Positions 1 through 10,217 of a stretch of 64,000 nt of DNA are shown here, piece by piece. A model generated the notes under the pieces. It was not told the origin of the DNA. It made no database searches and was given only the letters and a program-made list of their open reading frames with translations. Made by a program: the position numbers and the translations under genes. The stretch lies in NCBI GenBank assembly GCA_963733035.1, contig CAVTBU010000002.1, positions 27,273 through 91,272 on the forward strand, written 5' to 3'. The stretch comes from Pirellulales bacterium (GTDB lineage: Bacteria > Planctomycetota > Planctomycetia > Pirellulales > PALSA-1355). Within the stretch, counting starts at the first letter, position 1; each line of letters begins with the position of its first letter.

Positions 1-220
1 GCTGACCGTCTGCCTGTCGACTAGATTAGCCTCAGGTGCGACAGATGAACAGACTTGGATCGGTCTGTACGCTTGTGCGGTGGACATTGAGTACACCCGA
101 CTTTGATTGACATTGGGGCACCGTTCGGGCAAGTTTGTGTATTCGGTCATCGCCGCCCCAAGCGCGGTCCGCATGCACGTCGTTTTGTCTCGTCACGGTC
201 CTATGACCACGGAGCCCGGT

Positions 221-1853
221 ATGAACACCCTACGAATCGTGCTGACGATCGGCCTGCTTAGCAGTTGCTCCACCGTGCTGGCTCAGCATAACGCCGCTAA
301 ACCCAGCACCCCGATACCGCCGCTGATGGAAGGCCTTGGCCCGGCCGATCACAAGATCACGACCGCCGATCCGGTGGCCCAGGCGTATTTCAACCAGGGG
401 CTGCGGCTGATGTTTGCGTTCAATCACGACGAGGCCATCAGGGCCTTCCGCGCTGCCAAAACAATCGACCCGGATTGTGCGATGGCACAGTGGGGCATTG
501 CCGTCGCGCTGGGGCCGAACTACAACCTCGCGGCGGACCCTGAAAAGGCCGAGGCAACCGTGACCGCTCTGCGCAAGGCACAGCAACTGGTCAAGGATGC
601 CACACCGCAGGAACAAGCCTATGTCGCGGCCCTGTCGAAACGGTATTCGGAGAATCCCAAGGCCGACCGCCAGGCCCTTGACAGGGCCTATGCCGATGCG
701 ATGTGCGACTTGTCAAAACAATATCCTGACGACTTGGACGCCGCCGTGTTGGCAGCCGAAGCGATGATGCAACTGCGGCCCTGGGATCTGTGGACCGCCG
801 ACGGCGGCACGCCGCTTCCCGGCACGGAAGAAATCGTCGCCATTCTCGAGGACGTGCTGGCGCAACCCAAAGCACACCGGGGCCAATCACTATCACATTC
901 ACGCTTGTGAGGCATCACAACATCCGGAGCGGGCGCTGCCCAGCGCCCGGCGGCTGGGCGGGCTGGCTCCGGGAGCCGGCCACCTGGTGCACATGCCTTC
1001 ACACATCTACTTTCGGCTGGGCATGTATGACGATGCCGCCAAGGCCAATCGCCAGGCCATCGAAGTCGACGAGGCATACATCGCCCGCTGTAAACCGACT
1101 GGTCCGTATCCGATGATGTACTACCCCCACAATATTCATTTCCTGTGGGCGGCGCTGTCGATGGAAGGCCGCAGCGCGGATGCGATCGCCGCGGCCACCC
1201 GGCTTTCGAAAAAGCTGACTCCCGAGATGGCCAAGGAAATGGCGATGGTCGAGTATTTCCTACCCGTGCGGTGGTACGCGCTGACCAGGTTCCAAAAGTG
1301 GGACGACATGCTGAAGGAAGACGGACCGCCCGAAGAGTTCACCTTCGCCCGCGGCATGTGGCATTACGGGCGCGGCAAGGCCTTCGTCGGCAAGGGGCAA
1401 ACAGCCGAGGCCGAGGCGGAAATGAAGGCTCTCGAGAAGAACCTGGCGGCAACTCCACAGGACTTCAAACTGATGCGGCATTCCGCAGCGCGGCTGTTGG
1501 GCATCGCCGAAAACGACCTGGCAGCGGACCTGGCCATGGCGGCCGGCCGCACAGACGACGCCATCGCCCGGCTGCGCGTGGCCGTGCTATTGCAAGACCA
1601 ACTGCTCTATGACGAGCCGCCCCCCTGGTACTACTCGGAGCGCGAAGCGCTCGGCCGTCGGCTACTTGAAGCCGGTAAACCGGACGAGGCCGAAGCGGTC
1701 TTCCGCCAAGACCTCAAACGCCATCCGCACAGCGCATGGGCACTCTACGGACTGGAAAGAAGTCTTCGGACCCAGAAACGCGCCGACGAAGCCGATGCCG
1801 CGAAAGCCGAGTTCGACAAAGCATGGCAGCGGGCAGACATCGATCCGCGCTGA
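221..1853 (+). CDS. Secreted TPR-repeat protein, split by one frameshift at about 861-864
   Basis: Signal peptide and AQAYFNQGLRLMFAFNHDEA TPR-like helices. After LEDVLA the frame starting at 864 reads NPKHTGANHYHIHACEASQHPERALPSA...GHLVHMPSHIY and runs into ORF 987-1853. GGAG RBS before the ATG at 221. Confidence 0.85.
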
Positions 1854-1863
1854 TCGGGCGTGC

Positions 1864-2214
1864 TTAGGCGGCCTTGACCAGCGCCGGCAGTGCAACCGGC
1901 TGAACCACAGGCGCTTGGGCCTCTGGTAAGAGCGAGAGTGCGGCAACTACGACGTCCGCCTCCAGCTCAAAGAACATCGCAACTTGACGAACCGTGCATT
2001 CCCGCAGTTCGACGATCGACCGCAGGGCCTTGGCCCGGGCGTTTAGAGCCTGGAAGTCGCAAACCAAAATGGCGATGGCTTCCGCCTCCCAGCGTTCGGC
2101 CTGCCGCTGCTCGGCGACGTTGCCTGCAAGGGAAGCAAACAGGTGTGGAAAACGTTGGCACCGTTTTCGCCATTGGTGAACTGGCGCCGTGCCGGAGGTG
2201 GTCTTTTTGTTCAT
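1864..2214 (-). CDS. Hypothetical protein with a possible C-terminal helix-turn-helix
   Basis: ORF from ATG 2214. C-terminal LNARAKALRSIVELRECTVRQVAMFFELEADVV looks like an HTH/sigma region 4 segment. Weak support. Confidence 0.35.
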   Translation of the reverse strand: MNKKTTSGTAPVHQWRKRCQRFPHLFASLAGNVAEQRQAERWEAEAIAILVCDFQALNARAKALRSIVELRECTVRQVAMFFELEADVVVAALSLLPEAQAPVVQPVALPALVKAA

Positions 2215-2464
2215 CGCTTCTGGTTGCCCGATTCGCTTCCGCCTCGAAGGACACATCATCGTGTGGCAGCTCTTGCAAGCGAACTTGAGTCGAAACTGTC
2301 ACGCGATTCTAGTTTGTTTATCGACTCGGCCCGTTTCGAGTCGTGAGCACAAAGGCGTTCGCAGTAAGCATTTCGGCTCGTGGCTCTAGTGTTTGTCGGC
2401 AAGCTGACGAATTTACAGAAACTGCGAATTCGGGCGGTTTGTACGGTGGCTCCGCAATATCGGT

Positions 2465-2719
2465 CCCCCGATTCAAATCAATCCGCACCTTCTTCGTTTG
2501 CCTTCCGACCGCCACGATGTCTGGCCGGTCGTCGCCGCTAAGGTCTCCGCAGGCCAGATTTTCGATCGCGGCACGACCGCGATCAACTGATTGCTTGCTC
2601 GACCGGGGCTGGCACGGGCGGTTTTGCCAGCGTGGTACCGAGGGATTGCGAGTTCGAAGGCTACATGGATTGAGACGGGCGTTGCTATCACGGATGCCGA
2701 CGAGGTGGACGAACCGCAC
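2465..2719 (-). pseudogene. Decayed C-terminal fragment of an FG-GAP/VCBS repeat protein
   Basis: Translation LVGIRD...KQSVDRGRAAIENLACGDLSGDDRPDIVAVGRQTKKVRIDLN matches the FG-GAP DxxGDGxxDIV motif. No upstream repeats or start; consensus is degenerate. Confidence 0.6.
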
Positions 2720-2997
2720 GACGTATTTCCAATCGAGTGGAACGTCGGGAATTGGCCATGTCCGTACCGGCGGCTCCCCCCCTGGCTGGAGCGGTTCGAA
2801 TCGGGCAGTTCTCTCGGGATGCCAGCCGGCCGTGTGAAAGCGTCACAATGGAAGAGAAAACCGCACTTCTTGAAGTCGGGACGCATGCTGCGATACCATG
2901 ACGATCAACGGTGATCTACGTGTGAGCAACGAAGGCGGCATGCTCGCATCGGACAAGTAATCAAATAGACCAACTCGATACCGATGGAGAAACCGCC

Positions 2998-3510
2998 ATG
3001 CGAATCCTGACTTCGATCGTGATTGTGGCCGCGATGTTGGCCAGTTGCCAAACCACCATGGCCCAGCGAAGTGCCGGCAGCAAGATCACTGGCACAGCCT
3101 ACGAGTACCCCTATTTCTATCAGTCGGCCGGTGCGTACCAGGATAGTGCCTACCAGCACGCCGACCTGTTGCGCGAAACCACGAGCTACGGCCAGCCAAT
3201 CCCGCAAGCCATTGCCCAAGAGCACACGGCAGCCATCCGACAAAACATCCAAGCGGCCAACAAAAAGTACGCGGCCTTGCGCAAGCTGGCCGGCGATCAT
3301 ACCCAGGTGAACAAGCATCTCGACGCGATCGATGCCTACCACAAGACCGTGCTCGAGCATGCCAACAAGATCGACGCCCAAGTCAAGAACGGTCCTGGCG
3401 ATGCCGCGGCGGTCGGAGCCGCCAGTCACGCCGCTGCCGAAGCGCTGAAGAGTGCGCAGGCCGAGCACGAAAAATTGATGCAGTATTTTGCGAAACCGCC
3501 TGCCAAGTAG
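2998..3510 (+). CDS. Secreted helical hypothetical protein
   Basis: GGAG RBS, N-terminal signal peptide, Ala/His/Gln-rich helical body, coding-like codon bias. Confidence 0.8.
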   Translation: MRILTSIVIVAAMLASCQTTMAQRSAGSKITGTAYEYPYFYQSAGAYQDSAYQHADLLRETTSYGQPIPQAIAQEHTAAIRQNIQAANKKYAALRKLAGDHTQVNKHLDAIDAYHKTVLEHANKIDAQVKNGPGDAAAVGAASHAAAEALKSAQAEHEKLMQYFAKPPAK

Positions 3511-3619
3511 GAACTGGCTGGCGGGCCAATACGGATATCGCGACAATCCGTTCCAACGCGACGCATACCATCGTCGCCAGCAAAGTCCCCATCGCAAGCG
3601 ACACGTGCCGCCGCTTCCG

Positions 3620-3982
3620 CTACTGGTCGACGAACGCCGTACCGACGAACTGACCGCCGCTCAGATACCAACCCTCACCACACGGCTGACACCACAGAAT
3701 TCTGGTGCGGACTCGGATCGAGTAGCCTTTCTTACTCGGAATCGAGATTTCGACTTCGCCGGGCGTTAACTGCAGATTGTGAAACAATCCGACGCCCACC
3801 GTCGAGATTTCCCGAGTGAAAGCCACGCACGGCGTGCCCGCGGGCACTTGCAGTACAATCTGGCGAAAGAATGGGTAGCGAGTTTCCGTACGACGGTCTT
3901 TGCGCACGTCTTGATGCGCTTCCACGACCAGTTCGTGGATGCCCATTCCGGATCGCGGACGGTCTTGCAGCGTTGGTTCCAT
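3620..3982 (-). CDS. PilZ domain protein (putative c-di-GMP binding)
   Basis: RxxxR (RRTETR) and [D/N]xSxxG-like (EISTVG) motifs, followed by beta-barrel strands ending in WYLSGGQF. Confidence 0.7.
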   Translation of the reverse strand: MEPTLQDRPRSGMGIHELVVEAHQDVRKDRRTETRYPFFRQIVLQVPAGTPCVAFTREISTVGVGLFHNLQLTPGEVEISIPSKKGYSIRVRTRILWCQPCGEGWYLSGGQFVGTAFVDQ

Positions 3983-4178
3983 AAATAGTCAGCCAATCAG
4001 AGATGCGACGCCATCGATGCATGGCCCGAATCGGCCGTGTTAAAAACATAGCTTGCGCCTGGAGTACGCCGGACGACTCATCCCTCGAACGCGAAATCGC
4101 GCCAACCCGCAGTCCAATCGTAGCAAATGGACGGGTTGTTCGGGCCGCGCTAGCGCGACTCTGCTGACACGAAAGTGG

Positions 4179-4760
4179 CTAACTGCAGCCCCCGCATCCG
4201 CCGCAGCCTGATTCGCAACCGTCGGTACCCACGTCGTTGGCAATGAGAATGTGGCCGGCAAGAAGCCGGGGCCAGCGAGGCTTTGGCAATCGCCAGTAGC
4301 GAACGCGCTCCACTTGCCGCGCCGCCACGGGCCGGGCGAACCGCGTTTCGACGTCGGGCCAAATATCGGCCGGCGGCCACTGGTCAAACGCCGACCGGTA
4401 GCTGGCCAGCGTGTCGGCGTACATCCGCACATGCTTGGCGTATTCCGCCGGCCCACCTTTCGACGGTTCGTGGTGCAGCGGCTGATCGAGCACCTCGCCA
4501 CAGAACCGCTGCCAATACGAGCGGGTGTAAATCAAATGCAGGTGCCAGACTTGATCGACCGTCTCTGACGGGCAAACGGGATGTCCGGCCGTGCAGGCCA
4601 GCAAAACGAAGCGGCGATATTCATCGATCGCCCGACCCGTGAAGCCGGCGGTCCATTGCGCTTCTTGAGCTAGCCGCTGCTCGAACGGCCGTGCGTCATC
4701 GGACAAGTTAAACTCAAAGTCACAAATTCGCCGAAACAGGACCGCTTGATGATGTTCCAT
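4179..4760 (-). CDS. Glycine-rich domain-containing protein (GRDP/DUF1399-like)
   Basis: AIDEYRRF, PSETVDQVWHLHLIYTRSYW, LHHEPS and TLASY motifs; C-terminal GCESGCGGCGGCS tail. Confidence 0.8.
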   Translation of the reverse strand: MEHHQAVLFRRICDFEFNLSDDARPFEQRLAQEAQWTAGFTGRAIDEYRRFVLLACTAGHPVCPSETVDQVWHLHLIYTRSYWQRFCGEVLDQPLHHEPSKGGPAEYAKHVRMYADTLASYRSAFDQWPPADIWPDVETRFARPVAARQVERVRYWRLPKPRWPRLLAGHILIANDVGTDGCESGCGGCGGCS

Positions 4761-4907
4761 GGGTGCCACAATTAGTGATGGACGTGATTCCCATGTTCAT
4801 TATACGCACGCGCCGTGCGCCACGGCGGTTTGCTTCTCGTACGAACCAAATCTCTTTCCGGATAGCTGCCAGCATTTCCCATTCGATTCAATTCGCGCAC
4901 TAACCTC

Positions 4908-5213
4908 CTATGGCAGGTCAGCATCAAATATCCGCACGCCGGCCCAGCGTGGCTTGGTTTCTTCGATGAACTGCAAGTGTCGCGGATGGGTCTGGTACCG
5001 ATCGTGGCTGGCGCGGTCGGCAAACACGACGTGCAGGCCCACGTCAAACTCCTTGTCGTTCACCTCGCGATTGAGATCGGGCACGCGCGTTCCCACGGCG
5101 AAAAACGACACCCCCTCGTGACCGTCGAGGAATTTGTTGCAGGCGTCGACGTGTCGTTGAATGCTTTCGGGCGATTTATCCTTTAGAGTGAAATACACCA
5201 TATGGGCCAACAT
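4908..5213 (-). CDS. Dabb family stress-responsive alpha/beta barrel protein
   Basis: HMVYFTLKD...FDVGLHVVF...YQTHPRH...FD pattern. Confidence 0.85.
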   Translation of the reverse strand: MLAHMVYFTLKDKSPESIQRHVDACNKFLDGHEGVSFFAVGTRVPDLNREVNDKEFDVGLHVVFADRASHDRYQTHPRHLQFIEETKPRWAGVRIFDADLP

Positions 5214-5318
5214 TGAATTCGTTTTCCGCCGTAGCGGCCTCCTGGTAGAGTAGGTCTTGGTTCCAAGGTCGGAACGCGAGAATACCACCCTCCTCCGGTC
5301 CTCACAAGGATCCCAGCC

Positions 5319-6785
5319 ATGCGATACGACGCTCACCTCCCGCTGCTGTTTGCCCCGCTCATGCTCGTCACGTCCTCCCTCCCCACTGACGCCCTGGGCG
5401 AAGAACTACCTCGCGTGGTCCGAGATACTTTTTCCGCGGCACCTGATTGGGAGGGCTTTCGCAATCGGCTCCGACCCGAACATCCAAGTATTGTGCGACA
5501 AGACTTTGGCTACCGCGGCACGAACAACGCGGGAGGTCGCGCAGCTGGCGAGATCGGCGGCACCGTGCAGCGGTCTCCCTCCCCGGCTTTCTACGCGCTG
5601 AAGATCAGGCCCAAATCACTGGACGATCGACTGAGCGCTTCGGGCGTCGTGTCCGTGCCAAAGGCGGGAGGAGGCAGCGGCGTGATGATCGGCTGGTTCG
5701 GAGCTCCCCCGCCGTCCTGGCGGACGCCCAATTCGCTGGCCTTCCGCATCGACGGCAATGGCGGCAAGTTCTGGATGTTCTACGAATACGGCACGTCCAA
5801 GTGGCGCACCGGCGGCGGTGGCGCGTTCGCGGGAGAACAGTATCAGCGGACCTCCACCCTCCCCTTTCCCGCCGACGGCAAACCGCATCAATGGTCGCTC
5901 GACTACGATCCGGCCGGTGCCAGTGGTCGCGGTCTGGTCACCTTTCAGGTCGACGACCGCAAATACGCACTGGCCCTCGGCAAAGAACATCGCCAGGACG
6001 GCGCCGTGCTCGACCACTTTGGCATTTGGAATGTGCAAACACCCGGCGATCAACTCGAAGTCTATCTCGATGATCTCGTAGTCGATGGACGGAAACTATC
6101 ATTCGACGAGAATCCCGATTGGGATGCCATGGGCAACGACGTGGAGTTCGCGGAGCGATTGATTCGCCCCTATCATGACTTTGGATTTAGCCCCACCAGC
6201 CATGCCGGAGGCGCGCCGGGCGAGATCGGCGGCATTGTTTTTCGCGACGAACAACCGACCTATTATGCCGCAAGAGTGGGGCGCCTGACGCTCGACGACG
6301 AATTGCAAGCGTCGGGTAAGTTGGCCCTGCGAATGGCCGCTAGTGACAGCGGTGTCTACCTCGGTTGGTTTAACGCCGAAAGTAAACAGTCCAAATCCAC
6401 GCCCGACTACGAATCGCCGCAGAACAATTTTCTAGGCGTACTGATCGAAGGCCCTAGTCGCGCCGGACACTACTTTCGGCCCGCCTACGGCTGTAGCGCG
6501 GGGCGCGGACAGATCGCGGGCGAAAAATCCGCTTCGGGCGAGTCTTGGCCCGTGATTTTTCCCAACGGAGCGTCCCACGCCTGGGCCCTGCACTATCGAC
6601 CCGAGGCGGCGGGCGCTGGCGGCCAAATCGAAATCACATTCGACGGACACACCGACGTGCTCGACCTCAAGCCGGGCGACCGTGCCGCCGGCGCGATGTT
6701 CAACCGTTTTGGCATTTTCAATATGCAGTCGGGGGGCCACGGCGTTGATATCTATCTGGACGACGTCTCTTACACGCGGCGTTAG
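5319..6785 (+). CDS. Secreted hypothetical protein with two tandem homologous beta-rich domains
   Basis: Signal peptide. The DFG..T..AGG..GEIGG...Y....LDD.L.ASG...G...GWF...H.W.L.Y.P...FGI.N.Q......YLDD pattern occurs twice. Confidence 0.8.
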   Translation: MRYDAHLPLLFAPLMLVTSSLPTDALGEELPRVVRDTFSAAPDWEGFRNRLRPEHPSIVRQDFGYRGTNNAGGRAAGEIGGTVQRSPSPAFYALKIRPKSLDDRLSASGVVSVPKAGGGSGVMIGWFGAPPPSWRTPNSLAFRIDGNGGKFWMFYEYGTSKWRTGGGGAFAGEQYQRTSTLPFPADGKPHQWSLDYDPAGASGRGLVTFQVDDRKYALALGKEHRQDGAVLDHFGIWNVQTPGDQLEVYLDDLVVDGRKLSFDENPDWDAMGNDVEFAERLIRPYHDFGFSPTSHAGGAPGEIGGIVFRDEQPTYYAARVGRLTLDDELQASGKLALRMAASDSGVYLGWFNAESKQSKSTPDYESPQNNFLGVLIEGPSRAGHYFRPAYGCSAGRGQIAGEKSASGESWPVIFPNGASHAWALHYRPEAAGAGGQIEITFDGHTDVLDLKPGDRAAGAMFNRFGIFNMQSGGHGVDIYLDDVSYTRR

Positions 6786-6838
6786 GCCATCATCCTGTAG
6801 TGCAACGTCTCGAAGCAGCGACCCACCGCGACCGCGAT

Positions 6839-9202
6839 CTACAAATCGCTTCCATTCGGTTTGGAAACCTCGTCCGACAAGTCCGCACCACGAGTTTGGT
6901 CGCCCGTGGGTGGAAACACGCGTATCGTCCAACTACTCGCGAGGTCCAGTGGCGTGGGTGGACGCTCGTGCAATTGAGTGAGCACTTGCTGCGCTTCCGC
7001 CGCAATGACCGGGTCTGCCGAGGTGGCTAGCCGTTGCAATTCCGCAACCGCGGCCTCGCCCAATCGATACAACGACGCCTGTGCAGCCTCGCGAACTTGA
7101 CCATCTCGATGCGCGAGTAAATCTGCGACCTGAGACACCAAAGTGGGAAACGGGGCGATTGTCGCCTCGCTGTTGGGCAAGCCAACCAGGCTTCGCTTGA
7201 CGCCGCCGACCAATGCCAGCGCGGAAATCACCTCCGCCGAGCTACCGGAGGCCAGGCCATCGTGCAGGGAGCTTGCCAGGACGGGTGATTCATGGGCAAT
7301 GGCAGCTGCACCGATGCGAGCGGCTACTCGAACCCTTGGATCTTCATCCTGGAGAGCGTCGAGGTAATGGGGCGCCCAGTCTCGCGCCTGCCAATTTGCG
7401 ACCGGCAGCATGCACAGTGCAAAGAGCCGTTGGTTCGCGTTGTCGGAGTGCAAGGACTCTTGCAGCAGCCGTGTCGTTGCCTGTCGCGGAAATCGATCAA
7501 TCGCGGACACCGCCGCCAACTTGAGTTGACCGATCGGACCTTCGTCGAAGGTTGCGATCGAGTAGTCTCGCATCAGCTGGATCAGTTCGCCAATCGCCTC
7601 CATTTCATAACCTTCGAGTGCAAACGCGGGGAGGCTCTCGATCGCCTCGCGGCGCACGAGCGGGTCGGAGTTCGATGCGATAAGTTCCTTCCACTGCTCG
7701 AAGGTCTTGCCGCTGTAACGGAATCGCCCACGCTCCTCGTCTGACGCGCCGGGCATTGCGGCTCGCGGCACCGCCGGTGCGTCGACCATGCCTGCGTTGC
7801 GGTTGAACGCCCGCACTTGCTGACGCTGAAACTCGGTCCAGTGGTAATCTCGAATCGCTTGCAATGCCGCGTCGCGTTGCACTCCGGCCTCGGCACTGGC
7901 TTGCAGGCGAGCTAAAATCGCGTTAGCCCAAATCGGATTCAGTTCCGTCCCCGCTCGTTTCGTCAGTTCGCCGACCGTCAACTCGTCCAGTGACGCGACG
8001 TCGAACGCAGTCGACGCAGGCAGTGCGGTCAGGCCCCGTGCGTCGATCGCGGCTGTCGAATTTGCAGTACGATCGAATGCGGCCGCTTGCTCGGCAAACA
8101 TTGAATCCTGAGGTGCCAGGGGCGCTGTTTCGCGCGCCACCAGTCTCACCCTGACCGAGGCCAACAGCAGGACGCACGCGGCGGCCAACAGCAAGCCGTT
8201 CTTTTTCCAAGGGGAATCGTCGCTGTGATGTAGTTCAAGTACGCGCCGAATACGGGCGGCCAGCGGGCGGCCACGCCCGGCACTGCTCAGGTGCATTCGG
8301 CTACTAACCAATTCCCCTAGTCGAACCAGGGTGTTGGCGTAGACGGTGGGCTGGCTACCGCCAGCCTCGCGGTCGCAGGCCCACTCGGCCGCCTCATCGA
8401 ATCGACGAACGGCCAGCCAGGAAACCGGATTGAACCAATGCGGCAGTGCTAGCAAGCGAACGGCCAGCGACTTCCACACATCGCCCCGCTGCCAGTGTGC
8501 CAACTCGTGTCGTAAGATAGCCTCTCGCTGCCGTGCGTCGAGCGTTTTCCACAGACTCGCCGGCACAAACAGTTCGTATCCTCGCGGAAGCCGGCAAAGT
8601 AGCGGCCCCGTGCTCTCCGTGACTCGCAGGCGCACCCAATCTCCCCGGCCCCCCTCCGCAAGCAGCGCGTGCCACTGGTCGCGCCAGGCGCTATCCGCGG
8701 AAATCTCAGGCGGCAAATGCGTAACAAACCATGCATAGCCGACGACCATCGACGCGGCCACGACCGCCAGGCCGCCGATCCACGTCATCCATGCGAAGTT
8801 GCGCCACGCGAAGTTCGCCACGGCCGTCTCGACCGGCTTGGGTGCCGCCCCAACGGATTCCCCGGCGAGTGATTGCCCACTTGCCTGCCATCCGTGATTG
8901 TGCACCGTGGCGGTTTGATCGTTGCTCGTGACCGTCGCGCTCGTCGACCAGCTTGAGTGGGTCTCGGCCGCTCGCAAGTCAGGCGTCGCGATGCGTGACG
9001 GCGGATCGAGCCAGGGGACATCGAGTGAGAGGCCGTAGAGCGTCCAGCCGGCCAGCAACACGGCGCACCAAACCATGCGGTGCAATCGCGGCGATCGTAT
9101 GCGCGCAACGCGCAACGCGACCCCCGCAAGCAGTCCGACAGCGGTCATCCACAACGTGGCCCGTCCGATCTCTTCCAGCAACGAGGACTCGAAGTGATGC
9201 AT
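6839..9202 (-). CDS. M56 family (BlaR1/MecR1-like) metallopeptidase with C-terminal HEAT repeats
   Basis: N-terminal TM helices, HELAH zinc motif, HWFNP and EWACD motifs; C-terminal D..VR.AA HEAT-like repeats. Confidence 0.9.
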   Translation of the reverse strand: MHHFESSLLEEIGRATLWMTAVGLLAGVALRVARIRSPRLHRMVWCAVLLAGWTLYGLSLDVPWLDPPSRIATPDLRAAETHSSWSTSATVTSNDQTATVHNHGWQASGQSLAGESVGAAPKPVETAVANFAWRNFAWMTWIGGLAVVAASMVVGYAWFVTHLPPEISADSAWRDQWHALLAEGGRGDWVRLRVTESTGPLLCRLPRGYELFVPASLWKTLDARQREAILRHELAHWQRGDVWKSLAVRLLALPHWFNPVSWLAVRRFDEAAEWACDREAGGSQPTVYANTLVRLGELVSSRMHLSSAGRGRPLAARIRRVLELHHSDDSPWKKNGLLLAAACVLLLASVRVRLVARETAPLAPQDSMFAEQAAAFDRTANSTAAIDARGLTALPASTAFDVASLDELTVGELTKRAGTELNPIWANAILARLQASAEAGVQRDAALQAIRDYHWTEFQRQQVRAFNRNAGMVDAPAVPRAAMPGASDEERGRFRYSGKTFEQWKELIASNSDPLVRREAIESLPAFALEGYEMEAIGELIQLMRDYSIATFDEGPIGQLKLAAVSAIDRFPRQATTRLLQESLHSDNANQRLFALCMLPVANWQARDWAPHYLDALQDEDPRVRVAARIGAAAIAHESPVLASSLHDGLASGSSAEVISALALVGGVKRSLVGLPNSEATIAPFPTLVSQVADLLAHRDGQVREAAQASLYRLGEAAVAELQRLATSADPVIAAEAQQVLTQLHERPPTPLDLASSWTIRVFPPTGDQTRGADLSDEVSKPNGSDL

Positions 9203-9223
9203 GGGGGCCTCTTCCCTCGGGGG

Positions 9224-9616
9224 TCACTTCTTCGACTTCGACTGACGCTCCACGTCGGCAATGATTTTTTTTAGTTCCGAGATCTCGTCCGCTGACAGAG
9301 TCCAGTCCCGCACCAGATGCGCGACCAGCGGCACGACGCTGCCGCCTGAGATTCGTTCGACTAGCAAGCTTAAATGACCTGCGCTTACTTCAGACGGTTC
9401 GATGGCGGCCGAATATTGGGCCGGACGCTCCGAGGTGCGGGCCACCAGTTTCTTTTCCACCAGGCGATTCAACCGTGTCTGAATCGTCGTGTAACCGATG
9501 GCGCGGCCCATTTTCGCCTGGGCTCCCGAGAGCGTGACCGGCCCATGGTTCCAGAGCATTTGCAAGATTTCCATTTCACCGGCCGACAATCGGCGCGGCT
9601 TCCGACGCTTCCGCAT
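9224..9616 (-). CDS. BlaI/MecI/CopY family transcriptional repressor
   Basis: LSAGEMEILQMLW...YTTIQTRLNRLVEK winged-helix signature; directly upstream of the M56 gene. Confidence 0.92.
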   Translation of the reverse strand: MRKRRKPRRLSAGEMEILQMLWNHGPVTLSGAQAKMGRAIGYTTIQTRLNRLVEKKLVARTSERPAQYSAAIEPSEVSAGHLSLLVERISGGSVVPLVAHLVRDWTLSADEISELKKIIADVERQSKSKK

Positions 9617-9657
9617 GCGGTTTCTCCCTTACGCGAGCCCTTGCGGGGGCAGTTTTC

Positions 9658-9685
9658 ATGATACTACTAGAGTAGTATGACGCAA
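9658..9685 (-). promoter_or_regulatory. Sigma70-like promoter with an embedded BlaI-type operator
   Basis: Minus strand TTGCGT-N16-TATCAT. The perfect inverted repeat ATACTAC-TAGA-GTAGTAT (9661-9678) fills the spacer, 45 bp upstream of the BlaI-family start. Confidence 0.8.
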
Positions 9686-9810
9686 GCCAAAACGTAACCG
9701 ATTTGGCCAACACAAAATACCCGGCGGAAGAGGAATCGTCTCCCCCGCCATCCGCTGCCCGCCAGACCCACCTTCCCGCCATCCCGTAACCGGCTATACT
9801 TGAAGCACTT

Positions 9811-9884
9811 GCGCCCGTAGCTCAATCGGATAGAGCAGCGGACTTCTAATCCGCAGGTTGCAGGTTCGATTCCTGCCGGGCGTA
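9811..9884 (+). tRNA. tRNA-Arg(TCT)
   Basis: Acceptor stem GCGCCCG/CGGGCGT, D-arm TAGCTCAATCGGATAGAGC, anticodon arm GCGGA-CTTCTAA-TCCGC, T-arm GCAGG-TTCGATT-CCTGC. CCA not encoded. TATACT -10-like box at 9795-9800. Confidence 0.96.
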
Positions 9885-10147
9885 TTTGCGTGGCTTCGAC
9901 CTGTCGGATTCATAGCAAGACAAGGATCGTTGTTGCCAGCAACTCCGTGTCATTGTCGGTTCGTCGATGCGACAGTTGGCTACCTGTACTGACACTACGT
10001 TCTCCGCTTTGGACAGGGCTCGACTCGCAATCCCGCGGGCAGTCTTGACGGAGACGTCCTCATGAAGCGCGTTGAAGAGTTCGACGGGCTGGTGCGTCCC
10101 ATGGGTGCCACATAAGAATGGCGGCGTAACTCATTATTTTGCGAGCC

Positions 10148-10217
10148 GTGCGGAGCTGCGCTCCGCACTTGTTGAGTTTAAAAAATGCCGTCGTGTGCAC
10201 GATCGCATTTTTCAACA
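10148..10217. repeat. Two adjacent palindromes downstream of the tRNA (possible MITE/REP-like remnant)
   Basis: GTGCGGAGC-TGC-GCTCCGCAC (10148-10168) and TGTTGA...AAAAATGC.GTCGTG-TG-CACGAT.GCATTTTTCAACA (10170-10217). Confidence 0.5.
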
